This document shows, in pieces, positions 13,176 to 24,929 of a stretch of 64,000 nt of DNA. Positions within the stretch are counted from its first letter, which is position 1. Each line of letters begins with the position of its first letter. Source of the DNA: Curvularia clavata. Lineage: Eukaryota. The DNA lies in assembly GCA_023920165.1 (NCBI GenBank), contig CP089276.1:4526001-4590000 (forward strand), in the 5' to 3' direction. Position numbers and translations under genes: made by a program. The notes below the pieces were generated by a model. That model was given only the letters and a program-made list of their open reading frames with translations. It was not told the DNA's origin and did not search any database.

Positions 13176-15099
13176 CTACACGGGAAGCGAAAGCGGCCAC
13201 AACGCCAGACTCCAAGTTCGGGACTCTAGCCCTCCAAAACCGCCATGACATGTTCGCTCCAGAAAAGGGCGAATCCCAGTGCTCGTCCCACCAGCAGGAT
13301 AAACCCTCGTCGTCAAAGCCGTGCGTTCGTTGACGAAGACTTGGACCACGCTGGTATCGTACACCACGTGGAATGCCAGTGCCTCGACCATCGGCCTTCC
13401 AGCAAAGTGTCCGTCCATGCGCCGCTGCTCAAACACGAACAGGGTGTGGGGCGCTTCTTCTGGACATGTTCGGATCCCGTGAAGTGAGGTAGAGCAACTT
13501 CGGTCAACGACAATCGTCTCGGACTTTGCGTTAAAGTAAACTCGGGTGAATTCGGCTGCGGAAAAGCGCATTAGTGCGTGCATTCCTTTGTATCACATGT
13601 CCGTTCTTACTGGATGAATGTATAATGTCGAAGCCCACTTTGGCAACGTCTTCCTCGACCTGAAACTCTGCCTTCATCTCCCATTGCGACCAGGCTACGG
13701 GAAACACGAAGCCGCCGCTCCAACTGCGTGTGGGACTGTCCCTTGAGGGAAATTTGCTTCCTCGCAGTTTACTTAATCGAGGATCGGGCACAGCACATAG
13801 CGTAACCGTTGTGAAGCTAGAGCAATGCTTATTCTCTGGGATCAACTCGATGCAGCCGATAGACTGAAGTGGAGAAGATAATGCGCCTATGACAGATGTC
13901 AAGACTTGCATTTTGAGAACTCGTGGCAAGGAAATAACGCCAGCCCATCCCTGCCGCTGGCGGACTTGTGCATCAAGGTCGTCTTCGAGAATCCAGCCGT
14001 ATATGACTTGCTGCTGTGTTTGTGGATCCCAGAACGAGTTGCCCGCATAGTAAAGGCCATGATCCAGTCTACCTCCAAAACGAAACTTCATTTGTACACC
14101 AGCCGCAGCCGTGAGGGTGCCACAAAGCCACATCTGCGCATTGGTGGCTCGAAAGTTACCCTTTGTGCGTATCGTTTCTGCAGTGGCGAGCCGACCTTCA
14201 ACGCCACATATGAGAAAATCGCGGAATTGCTTGCCATCAGTACTTGCCAAAGTTACAAAGTTGCTCACCTCCCAATTCATGCCAAAATCTCCTGTCCATC
14301 GCGGCGAAGGGCAAAAGTTCAAACCAGGAGTAATCAGCGGGCCAAGATACTCCCATGTATCGAGTGCATGGGCATGAACCTGATAGAGGAAGACAGTTGG
14401 CGTCTTGCCTCGAATTCCTCCTGCTACCACGGCATACAGTGATTTCTTGTCCGGGTTCAATGACTGTTGCTTGACAAGCTTTTCCAGGGATGGCCAGGAA
14501 GCTACAAATGGATCTCGCCAGCCAGTCACGTCGATTCCCGATGGAGGTTCCGCGAGGACTGGATTGCCTGTGTGTCTTTTCCATGTCCTCCCAGAGTCAT
14601 TCGATGTAGATAAAGCGACTGCCTCTGATGTCCGAAAGTATGGCCGTGTGTAGTGAATAGGGAGGCGAGACACTGAAGTATACAGCGCTGTCAAAGTGCC
14701 ATTCTCTGCACCATCAATTGCGGTAGGTACAAGACAACCGGTGAATACACCTCCGGGATCACATTGTGCAGAGGGCTGCATAGATGGATTACTTGAGACC
14801 TGCCAAGTGAGAAGATCGTGGGATATTGCGGCGCCCCAAGAGATGTTACCCCATTCTGTGCTGTTTGGATTCCATTGAAAACCAAGATGATACAACTTGT
14901 TGATCGGATCGTAGCCAGGTGCACAAGGGTCGTTGAGCCAGCCACGAGGTGCCACGAGATGCAGACGTGGTCGCCATCGCTTACCTGGTTCAGGTGCCGC
15001 GTCGATGTCAAGAGGGGCGGAAGATATGCTCACAATAGGTAGTTTCTTGACTACCGGAGGAGTGGTTGAAGTAACAATGAACGACGTTTGTGAAGCCAT
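13176..15099 (-). CDS. Intracellular GH32 beta-fructofuranosidase (invertase-like)
   Basis: Catalytic motifs WLNDP, WRDP and WEV, with no signal peptide. A 55-nt intron at 13556-13610 joins in frame to the beta-sandwich exon (DTSVVQVFVN..TTRVYP). Confidence 0.93.
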
Positions 15100-15492
15100 A
15101 CCACCAGAGTTTCGAAAGAGGGTCTGTACACGGTAATCGGAATATACAATCCACGGGTGTTCAAGCTATTAGAAAAATTCCTCCACGTAATAACGAGAAC
15201 GTCATTTCAAAGCATTCATGGTGGCAACCACTCATGAGCGCCGCCCGTGGGTAGACATTATCATCCATAGCCAGGCGTTTGGAAAACTAAGGCCTCGCAG
15301 CATCGATATCAAAATCTGGGAATTTGCCCAAAGTGGTGTAGCCTTGGTCAATGGCTAGGCTGGAGCTCGACGGGATTTCGACAAGACGGGTTAAGTAGCG
15401 AACCGTGCGGGGCTGGTGCGACAATGGGCGGCTCGCCTGATCGGCAATTGTGAACGCACATGCGTTGTCGGCACAGGTCCCCGCAGATACCC

Positions 15493-15506
15493 CCGTGGGG
15501 TGTCCG
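15493..15506 (-). promoter_or_regulatory. CGG-N8-CGG site overlapping a CreA-type GTGGGG
   Basis: Minus strand reads CGGACACCCCACGG. Plus strand has GTGGGG (SYGGRG) at 15495-15500. It lies in the divergent GH32/TF promoter. Confidence 0.45.
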
Positions 15507-15657
15507 ACTCCACTCTGTAGCTCGGTGCGTGTTTTGCAGAGCACAGGAGCTTGTTCATGCCGTACCACGATCCAACTGTCAACGGGATGCCTATCCGGTT
15601 CGATGCGGTACCGCTCTTCGAGTATCAAACCAACCTTCTGATTTCCGCCTAGGCAAA

Positions 15658-17855
15658 ATGGGTGAGCAGGTCATCTTCGATAGCACCCTTGTCCGAACTC
15701 TGCAAACACGGTCTTGCGATCAATGCTTTGTACGCAAGAACAAGGTAAGTTGTTTGAGCTCCCGTTTGAACTAACTGAAAGTCTTATTAAACCAATTCGG
15801 GCAGTGTAGTCGACATGCACCGTGTCATACATGTGTTGCACATCAAAGACCATGCACATACAAACGCCGATCCCAGTACCGTCGGCGGGCGCCATACATG
15901 TGTGTCTCTCTCTAAGGAATTTGTTTTGTGACAATCTCTACATGCGTGATATCATTACGTTGTTTGCGTACTTTGAAGAACCTCTGCGTCGTTACGTAGG
16001 ATGCTAATGGAAATCCAGATCTAGTACCCAATCCTCCACAAATGAAATTGCCTCAGATTTTTCAGCAAACGAGATGCCTAGTCTCAGAGTCGCTGACGAG
16101 ATAGGTTTGCAAAACGGAAACGGGAGCACATCACCAGAGGCAATGGATGTCGAGAATAGGGGTATTGTAGAGGCTGATGACACAGTCAACGACCTGCTAA
16201 TGTCTATCAACCAAGAGTCCGCCTTTGACAGCTTTGACTGGATGAAACTCAACGTGATTCCTTATATGACACCTACGACGCAAGACGACACTATGCTGAT
16301 TGGGAATATCCCTTTGTTACTTGGGGACAGCATACCAGCGTCATGGTCACAACCGTCATGGCCAGTCAATGTTCAGAACCTCGATCCGGACCCACATCTT
16401 CAGGTTGCGCGTTCCGCAACGATTGGAAACATCTTGCACATCATCTATCTCTTCCTTGATCGTCTACACGCGTCGATGCCTTTCTTCAAGCGGTCCTACT
16501 TGATTGACAACATTCACGCACAGCGACCCTTGCATGATCAGTCGTTCAACGCGCTTATACATGCTATCAGCGCCTTGACCGTCTTCCAGATGGTTCAGAA
16601 AAGCTCTGGGCACCCGAACATAACGGATGAAATTGATAAGGCAGAAATGTTCCTCGCAGAAGCCGTGCGATTGCATTCTCATGCTGATTTTGGAGAAAAC
16701 CCGGTTTTGGAGCATGTCCTCACCAGCGTTTTCTTATTTGGTTGTCAGTTTTCAAAAGGCAACCACCATGCTGCCAGATTTCGGCTGCGGGAAGCAGTTA
16801 CCCTTGCCGAAACCATGGGTCTGGATGACCCGCAAACATATGAGAGTGTTTCAAGGGACGAGAAGGACAGAAGATTAAGGACTTTCCTCTGTCTGACTGT
16901 TATCCATCGGTATGTAGCAAGGCTAGCATAACCGCAGTCTCCCTCTGCCGCCATTACTAACGAAATATATAGCGTATATGCCATCCAAAGAGATAGTCCA
17001 GTAAACGATTATCTTCTCACTAGCAACCGCTTGCACATGGTTCGCAGTACTCTGAAGCAGTTAACTATGAATTCAGGCCAGCAGGACGAGAAATCGGTAG
17101 CGGGACTGGGCTATATGGTGGACCTGATAGACTGTGTCGATTCTGCATTTGTGAAATGTTGGAGAAACCAATGCTGGGAAGACCCACAGCCTAATCACAT
17201 TTCAGCAAGGACCATCTCTGCGCTTTTGCAACGTCACACAGCACCCATGCCCATGAGGGAATCGCCAAACGATGCTCAACGAGCCGACGTCCTCATTACC
17301 AGACATTGGATTTGTCACATACTTTTGGACCTCGCTTCTCGACACGGGTTTTTGCAGAAAGAAAACCAGCTAGCCCAGATGAGGCCGGACTACGCGTTGA
17401 CAATAGCGCGTGATGCTATTGAAACATGCGAATCCCTTGAAATGGCGTCATTGGAATGTCACGGGATCGGTTTGGTATGTATCAATCTACGACCATCGAA
17501 TTGAACTGGTGTAGCTGAGACATCAAAGGTGGAGAAGCTTTACGATATCATCACAAGTGCTATTAAAGCCACACAATCAGCTGAGATTATTCCTGAGAGA
17601 CCTCATCTACATAGTGCTGCGTTCAACCAAGACGAAGATGCCATACGAACATGGCCATTGGGAACGATAGTTGATCCCGCTCCAACTGACGAAGATGGCA
17701 GCCTTTGGCATGACGAGATGACGCACTCAATAAGTACTCCGTGTTTGACCGATATTGCAAATCGGTTTCTTGTCATATTTGCGTCGTTTCGCGGTGGGAA
17801 GCATCCGTACCTGAAGCCATATATGCGAATGCTCTGTGATTTGGATCTCGACTAA
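15658..17855 (+). CDS. Zn2Cys6 transcription factor, AmyR/MalR/InuR-like sugar regulator (multi-exon)
   Basis: ATG at 15658. CDQCFVRKNK|CSRHAPCHTCVAHQRPC spans intron 15745-15804. LREAVTLAETMGLDD, QRADVLITRHW and LECHGIGL|VEKLYDI resemble the AmyR/MalR-type C-terminus. Confidence 0.88.
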
Positions 17856-18158
17856 GGAGCGGTGAGACTCTCTTAATGGGTATGTACATGAGGAATTCTG
17901 TTTCTGCTCATCGATTTGAGCTAAATCTTCATTTAGACAATGAAAATGCTTTTCGACAAATTCCATACCAGGTTACGGCTATCTTCATCTCACGTTTTAT
18001 CCTCATCCTTATATCTTTATTTCTCAAAAAGCAGTGTAATATTCAATATCCTACAACAATAGTTGCAGCCCTCGATGCATCGGGGCATTTCATTCCGCTA
18101 CGGGCATTTTAGCCTATGCCTATCCGTTCCCAATTCCTTGAGAGCCATAGAGACAAGT

Positions 18159-19848
18159 TCATAGCTTCTCAGTATGTGTTACTTGTAAGCCAGCTTTATC
18201 TTCATTCATGAAGTTTTCGATATTTACGCTGCACACATAATCTGAGACGCCAGTTAGCGGAAGTTTCTTTCGTCTACCCGACAAAAATTTGCTTACTTTT
18301 GAATTGTCGCGCTGGAATGCCTGCCTCAAACATCTCATCTAGCTCAGCTGGGGTGCGTCCTTTGGTCTCGGGGAACCAGAAGAAGGTTACAATGATGCAT
18401 CCCAACATCCAGCCCGCAAAGATAAGGTACGTCTTGGGTCCAAGATTGGCACTGGCGCATTATCAGTATCTTGGCAATAAACCAAGGGCTGCAAAGCAGC
18501 CAAGTAGAAGAACTTACGGGGCGTTGGCGATGTACGGCATGATATATTGGACAGCAGTCGAGAAACAGGCCAAGACGAAGAAGGAAAAAGCACTCGTCTT
18601 GTTTCGTAAGCGAGCAGTTGGCATCTCCCCCGAGACAACATATGTCAACGGTCCAAAGCCTGCAGCAAAGAAGAATGCAAACATGCAGCAGAATGCGGCG
18701 ATGGTCTGGCTGAGTCTCTGGTTGTGGAGGTAGTCGGTGAAACCCAATACACCGATGACCAGGTTGATGAAGAACAGAATTATGAAAGTAGTCAGCGCCA
18801 GTGGGCGTCGGCCAACCGCATCTACAACGAAGAGACCAGTTATCGCACCACCAAAGGCTAGGATCGAGGTTGCTAGGGCCAAGAGAAACGGACTGATACT
18901 GCTACCGATTGTAGCTAGAAAGATCACTGCGTAGTTGGTGGCAAATACAATGCCAGAAAGTTGTTGCATGTTGGCGATGCTGAGTGCCAACAACGTGCGG
19001 CGAAGATTGACACCTTTGAAGATATGTGTCCATGGTACCTCGACGTCATTTGCTCTTAATGCCGCTTGTGCCTTCAATGCGGCAAATTCGGCTTCGATTT
19101 CTTGCTCGTGATACCCTTTCCGCACCATACGAAGGCTCTTGAGCGCTCGCGAGTCTTCACTGCGAGTAAGGTAAAAGGTTGGCGAATCGTCTATGAATAG
19201 GAAGCCGATGACAAGGATAACCGGGAAGGCAATTTGTAAACCCATCGGAAATCGGAAGGCGAATTGGCTCATATCGGTACTGACAGCCCAGTTGATTCCG
19301 TTGGAAAGCACGGCTGCGGAGTCAATGGTGACGATGGACAGCCCAATGAGCACTCCGCGTAGCTCGTCAGGTGCAATCTCAGCCAGAAACGTCGAGCCCA
19401 TCACAATAAAGAGAAAAATGGCTGCATTAGCAAGCCAGCGCCCAATGACGAGCTGTGCCATGCCAAAGGCAGACGTTTGAATTGCCGCTGCTACGGCACT
19501 CAAGACACATCCAAAGATCAATGTCTTGCGTCGCCCCCACCTATCGCCGCAATATGCGGCCAGGGGAAGTCCGAGAAGGCATCCAGTAGTAGGGACAGCC
19601 GTCATGACACTGATATCGGTAGACGTAAGAACTGGCCCTTGTGGGCTTTTGCCAGTCCCGAATTGCTGAACAAAAGGGTGCATGGCGAGAATGCCACCCA
19701 TGACGGAGCCATCGAAGCCGAAAGTGAAGAATACCAGCGCGAGTATGAAGCTGGAGAAGATTAATCGAGGGTTGTGGACGATATGCGAAGTCCACGGTCG
19801 ACGCTGTACCGCAACGCGTGTTACATCAACAGCAGAAGATGTCTCCAT
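18159..19848 (-). CDS. MFS sugar porter, MAL-type alpha-glucoside/sucrose permease-like
   Basis: Motifs FGFDGS, DRWGRR, AEIAP..LRG, QQLSG, VGRRP, GEMPTARLRNKT and PETKGRTPAELDEMF. Two 3' introns give the C-terminus ..VTHTEKL* with stop at 18159. Confidence 0.92.
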
Positions 19849-20392
19849 GATGTCCGAGTGAGATGTGTAACGAGATGATTGGAGAAAGTCGCTGGTTCAC
19901 CATTCAATCTCGGTGGTGGATCGTTTTATGTATGATCCGTTCGCATGCACACTTACCCCAGGTTTTCCCCAGGCCAAACGTGCAAGGGGTCGGCACGTGG
20001 AAGCGTGGCGGGTATGGATCGAGGCGCCACTGAGGTCGAACCAGAGAACATGAGGCATTTTCCCGGGCGCGGAAGAAACTCCTAAGCGCCCTCGTCCTGG
20101 GATTTGCCTGATAGTGCGGAGGCCGGTTGCGCGTGCGAAGTCTGTTCATTCGATTGCGGGGATTGTCCATATTTGGTCTAGCGCGACCTGGAACGTTCCA
20201 CCCCAGGTATGGGCCAAATCGAAGTGCCGAATCGCGGAAACTGTTGCACTTGTGACACAATGTACAAAAGCTGGTCCTCCACTTAAATCGCTAGTTTTTG
20301 TGTGTATTTGTCCACAGACATCGTTGCATACAGTTAAGCTATTGTGGGTGCCCGTTGCGTCAGTCAAAGCTCTCAGTAGAACAACTTCCACC

Positions 20393-22191
20393 ATGGTCGC
20401 TGCCGGCGGTGAGGCTATTGACTCATTTCCAAATTACGAACTCAATCACAAACATCTTGGAAAGCTCATTGGACTCTCAAGAGGAGATGACATAGTTCAA
20501 TTTCGCGGTGTCCCATTTGCTACCATTGCCGCGCGTTTTCGTCAAGCTCGTCTTCTGGATGCCCTACCGCGGCAGCCATTTGATGCAAGAAAATCTGGGT
20601 AAGCCGACGACGCACAAAAGAAAAGCGGCATTTATATGTTCTAACAAATTAAAGCCCAACTTGTCCTCAACCGCCACTACCATTTCCTTCCTACTGGGAA
20701 GCATCGTTACCAGAAGATTTCCCGCCATTACCTGCACCCCTACAGGATGAATTCAACTGCCTCAACCTCAGCATCACAACAACTCGATCCATCCTTGAGA
20801 GTGACTCTGAGAGAGGACTCCCTGTTCTATTTTTCATACATGGCGGAGCATTTGTTGGTGGAAGTCAGTCTATCCAACTTGCTGGACGCGAGATTTACGA
20901 TGCGACGAACCTTGTACGCGCAAGCATAGCACGCAACCAACCGGTTGTGGTTGTTACTTGCAACTATCGCGTGGGCCCACTAGGATTTCTTGCATCTCAG
21001 GAGCTTGCGGCTTTTAATAAAGAACATGGTGAGCCAGTCGGAAACTACGGACTGCATGATCAGCGACAGGCACTGGAGTGGTGCAACAAATTCATATCTG
21101 GCTTTGGTGGTGATGCTGAAAATGTAACAATCCAGGGCACAAGTGCTGGGGGTAGTTCGGCACATTATTTGAGCACTTTTCGATCTCGAAAGTTCAAAAG
21201 AGCAATTTTGGCGAGTGGGACGTTGACAGGCATTGGTCCCATGCCATTGGCTTACCAACAGGAAAGATTCACCGCATATGTGTCCAGGCATACTAGCAGT
21301 GATGGTAGGCCTTCAGCAGATCCAGTATCCTTGCTGCAATCTATTCCTGTTGATGATTTCGTCAAGCCAATCACGGCTAGCATATATCACCCGTATATCG
21401 ACGGCGACTGGATCTTGGGGGCAACCATGCAGGATGTCTGCGACGTTTATAAGGAAGAAGCTGCACCAGATCTCATGATAGGGGCTTGCGATTTTGAGGC
21501 ATGTCCCACTCTTCCAGACACACATGGACCATTTTTATATGCTAACGGTGATTCATAGGCCGATCTAACGCAACTACTGCTTATAGATGACATACCGTCA
21601 ATGAAGCCGGCACCCGACGACCGCATGCGTGCAACAATTTTCGATCTCGCATCTTCAAACGGCATGATTGTTTCTCCTAAAAAGTTCCCAGATGCTTATC
21701 CCGATGTGACGGAGGCGTACAATATCAGCTCAGCTCTGGAGCATCCTTCCTCAGCAATGTATAGATGGGCCAACCTTTTGGCTGATATGGCGTTCAGAAT
21801 TCCGCCCCTGCATATTGCCGCCCATCATCCCGCCAACGTCCTGCTTTACGAGATTCGCTGCAAGAATCCGTATGAGAAGTGGGCATGGTCATTCGGACGA
21901 GCTAATCATGCTGTGAATGATGTGTTTCTCTTCGATGTTGCGCCGGATCTTATATCTGAGCAATTGCAAAGTGCGCATGCGGGTAACGTGGCGCAGATCC
22001 GAGCTGCTTGGCTAGACTTTTGTTATGGAAAGCTGCCGTGGATGCCGTATAGGCAGCAGGACAATAGACTAGGCCCTATCCATGTTTTTGAACATGGTGA
22101 AAAAGGTCGGGATGCTGAGAGTTTAGAAGAGGCTGTTGGACAAGATATGGCAGCTCAGTGGAGAGCGGTTTTGGATGCGAATAAGTTGTAG
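20393..22191 (+). CDS. Type-B carboxylesterase (intracellular, multi-exon)
   Basis: ATG at 20393. Motifs QFRGVPFA, DEFNCLNL, HGGAF, NYRVGPLGF, GNYGLHDQ and FGGD. Nucleophile GTSAG, with candidate acid (GACDFE) and His (ANHAV). No signal peptide. Confidence 0.92.
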
Positions 22192-23012
22192 CCTTAATTG
22201 CGCATTCTCTTTGCGCTCAGTCGACAACAGAGTTGTATTCAGGAACACCTCTACGCAAGTGTCCAGAACAGTAGATTGCGAATCTGGTATATTCATCTCT
22301 ATATACCGGACGTATCCTGCTGCATTAGCTCTAAACAATATACGCAAGAAGGCTACCAAGGCATTGAATCATAACAACTGTGGCAACCACAGCTAGTATT
22401 GACAATAGTCATCTATCTTGCTACAATGTAAGATAGCTTCGTGGGCCGCCATTCTCCAGTTCCATCATTGGAGGGATAAAAGCATAGAACTTCGCACGTA
22501 ACAACCAAAACATGACATAACCACACGAGTGAAGATTGACTGTCTACGACGCGACCACAAGGATCTGAAACCCTCTCATAGCACGCGAGCGTGAACTTCT
22601 CGTTCGTATAGTGTTCAGTTGCCCCCAAACAATTGCGAGTGTAGCTGAGTGCTTATCAGAAACGTTTTCATTTAGATTAAAATACTTGTAAGAGTTTCTA
22701 GATAGACAAAAGCGCTCTGTCAGTTGGTTTGATCGCCAGAGTCCTCTGTTTCGTATTCCTGAAAGAGCTTTTAGGTCGACTTCTTTAGCGTCATCGAATG
22801 GCCTTTAACTCAGCAAACAACACCTGCAATGATGTCCATCGTCAACTAGTGCGCACGCATTTGTGCTTGGCATAAAACTGCCGAGCAAACGACATATTAT
22901 GCGCATCTAGTCGAAACCCCATCTATCAAAACCAATACACATTCGCCTTGATATCATCACCTTCTTAGAGTTAAAGATTATGAATGTACTTTTATGATTA
23001 CAGAAGAAAAAT

Positions 23013-24929
23013 TCAGAGCGGACGCAACGCTCCGCTGCGGTCCTCTGACCATCGTCCTGCTATAGCTTGCCGCATACCTTTACCCCAAAATGCGACCGGT
23101 AAGGCGACTAACCCACCCACGATCTGGAAGACCATAAGTTCAACTCCAACCCATAGATATCCATGGGCCTCAACCCAAGGAACGAGAGCGAAGCTCATTG
23201 CCCAAGAAATAAAGTAGCAACCTCCGATAACCACCGCAAGTGCTGGGGCAGCCCACCTTGGAAACGCTTCGGCAACCCACAGAGTATTTGCGGTCATTAA
23301 CATGACGAGAGAGAAACCATGACCTCCATAGGCCATGTAGATGCAGGCAGGATGCCATTGGAATTTGACTGTAAGTCCATAGAGGAGTGAACTGAAGGCG
23401 CCAACAATGATCGGTAAGACGTAGGCGATCAGGTAGTGCTCCGCCTCCAAAACGCCATGGTTGCGCTGTGAAAGCCTCTTGAGCCCATTGCAAGTAATCA
23501 CCCAACACACAGGAAGTCCTATCAATGCCCCTACGCCTGATGCTACGTAGACGGTGCCAACAATCTCAGGCGAGATATTGTATGGAGGTTGGGTGAGTAT
23601 GCGGCTATTTGTTGCGCCGATGAAGATCATGCTTGCTGAATTGAAACCAGACGCGACGAAGACCCAGAACAGAAGCGGGTTGGCGGCGCAATATGCCATC
23701 TGAATATAGCATCGACCTGCTGACCTCCACGATGCAAATGGTGATCGTGAGAGACCAATTCGGTCGCGGAAGCCTGCAAAACCTTTACGAATTGGGTATT
23801 CTGGGAGGTCTCGATATATGGATGAGTTTTCTTCACGGTCTTCGTATATCGTCAGCTTCTCGGTCGCACTTTGCATGAGAATGAGACCGTTGAAAGCCAC
23901 TGTCGGACGCTTAAAGTATGTTTCGGGATAGAGGATGAAAGTGACAAGAAGTGAAACGAAGACGGGTATAGTCCAGTAATGGTAGAATCGGCGCCAGCTC
24001 TGGCCATAATGTGCAATGACTGGTGCAAGTGCAACACTAGATGTGCCAAAGCCTCCTGCAACGCACCACATGAACGAGACTGCTCGTGGTCTTTGATTGA
24101 TGTAAGTCAAATCGATGACCATCAGAAAAGCCTTGTATAACTGTCAGTGAGAAGTGTTATAAAATGTGATGTTTGCCGCAACTCACCAAAGAGAGACCGA
24201 GTCCTTCACTGAGGCCGAGGAAACACACAGCAACCACCAATTGAGCAAAAGATCTTGCCTCAGCAGCACCGAGTGTGGCGAGCAAAACAATCATGGTGGC
24301 AATCAGGATTGTTGGCCGACGGCCCAAGCCTATCGAGAGAGGTACCCAAACTAGGCATCCGATTCCCATAAAAAGAGCTGGGCCAGTGACTAGTGCTTTT
24401 ATCAACCACGGAGCTATGTTCTGCAAAATTCTCATTAGCCAAGCATCTTAGAAAAGAGAGCAATGTAGCTGACCTCGTGTTCGAAGGTAGTCTGGATACT
24501 GTCCAGCATGACACCTGCCGCTTGTGCAGCACATAAGTTGACGGCGGAGAAAAGGACAATGGCAAAAAACGCTCCGGCAGTCTTCCTCTGGCTCCAGTTC
24601 AAAGGATCGGCTTTGCTTTCCGATGCAACAGGCAGCTTAAGGGTCCTTCCGTCATTAGTGACAAGAAAGGTGGTACCGGTCAGATTATATGATTCGCGTT
24701 TTGCGCTAGTTAAAATGCTGGCAGTCCTCGGTCTGGCACATGTCTTGGAAGAAATGGAAGGCAACCGGTTTATTTCTGGAACAGGAGGAGATGACAAAGG
24801 AGACATTTGACGAGGAACGACGATCGGTTCAATCTGAAGTGGGGGAGCCAGCTCTACCTCGGGGTGTGGATCTTCCAGCGGCGCAGCCTTGCTGGAGTAA
24901 GTGCCAGTAGGAGAAAGCATGATATCCAT
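23013..24929 (-). CDS. MFS transporter (HOL1-like, multi-exon)
   Basis: First ATG at 24929. Motifs DPLNWSQRK, GRRPT, YPETYFKRP and NHGVLEAEHYL. Multiple TM helices across three exons. Confidence 0.8.

Noticed and set aside
19849..20392. Expected CGG-N8-CGG site in the porter/esterase promoter
   Set aside because: Looked for it and did not find it. Only other CGG spacings and SYGGRG matches are present, so shared regulation is not shown by sequence.
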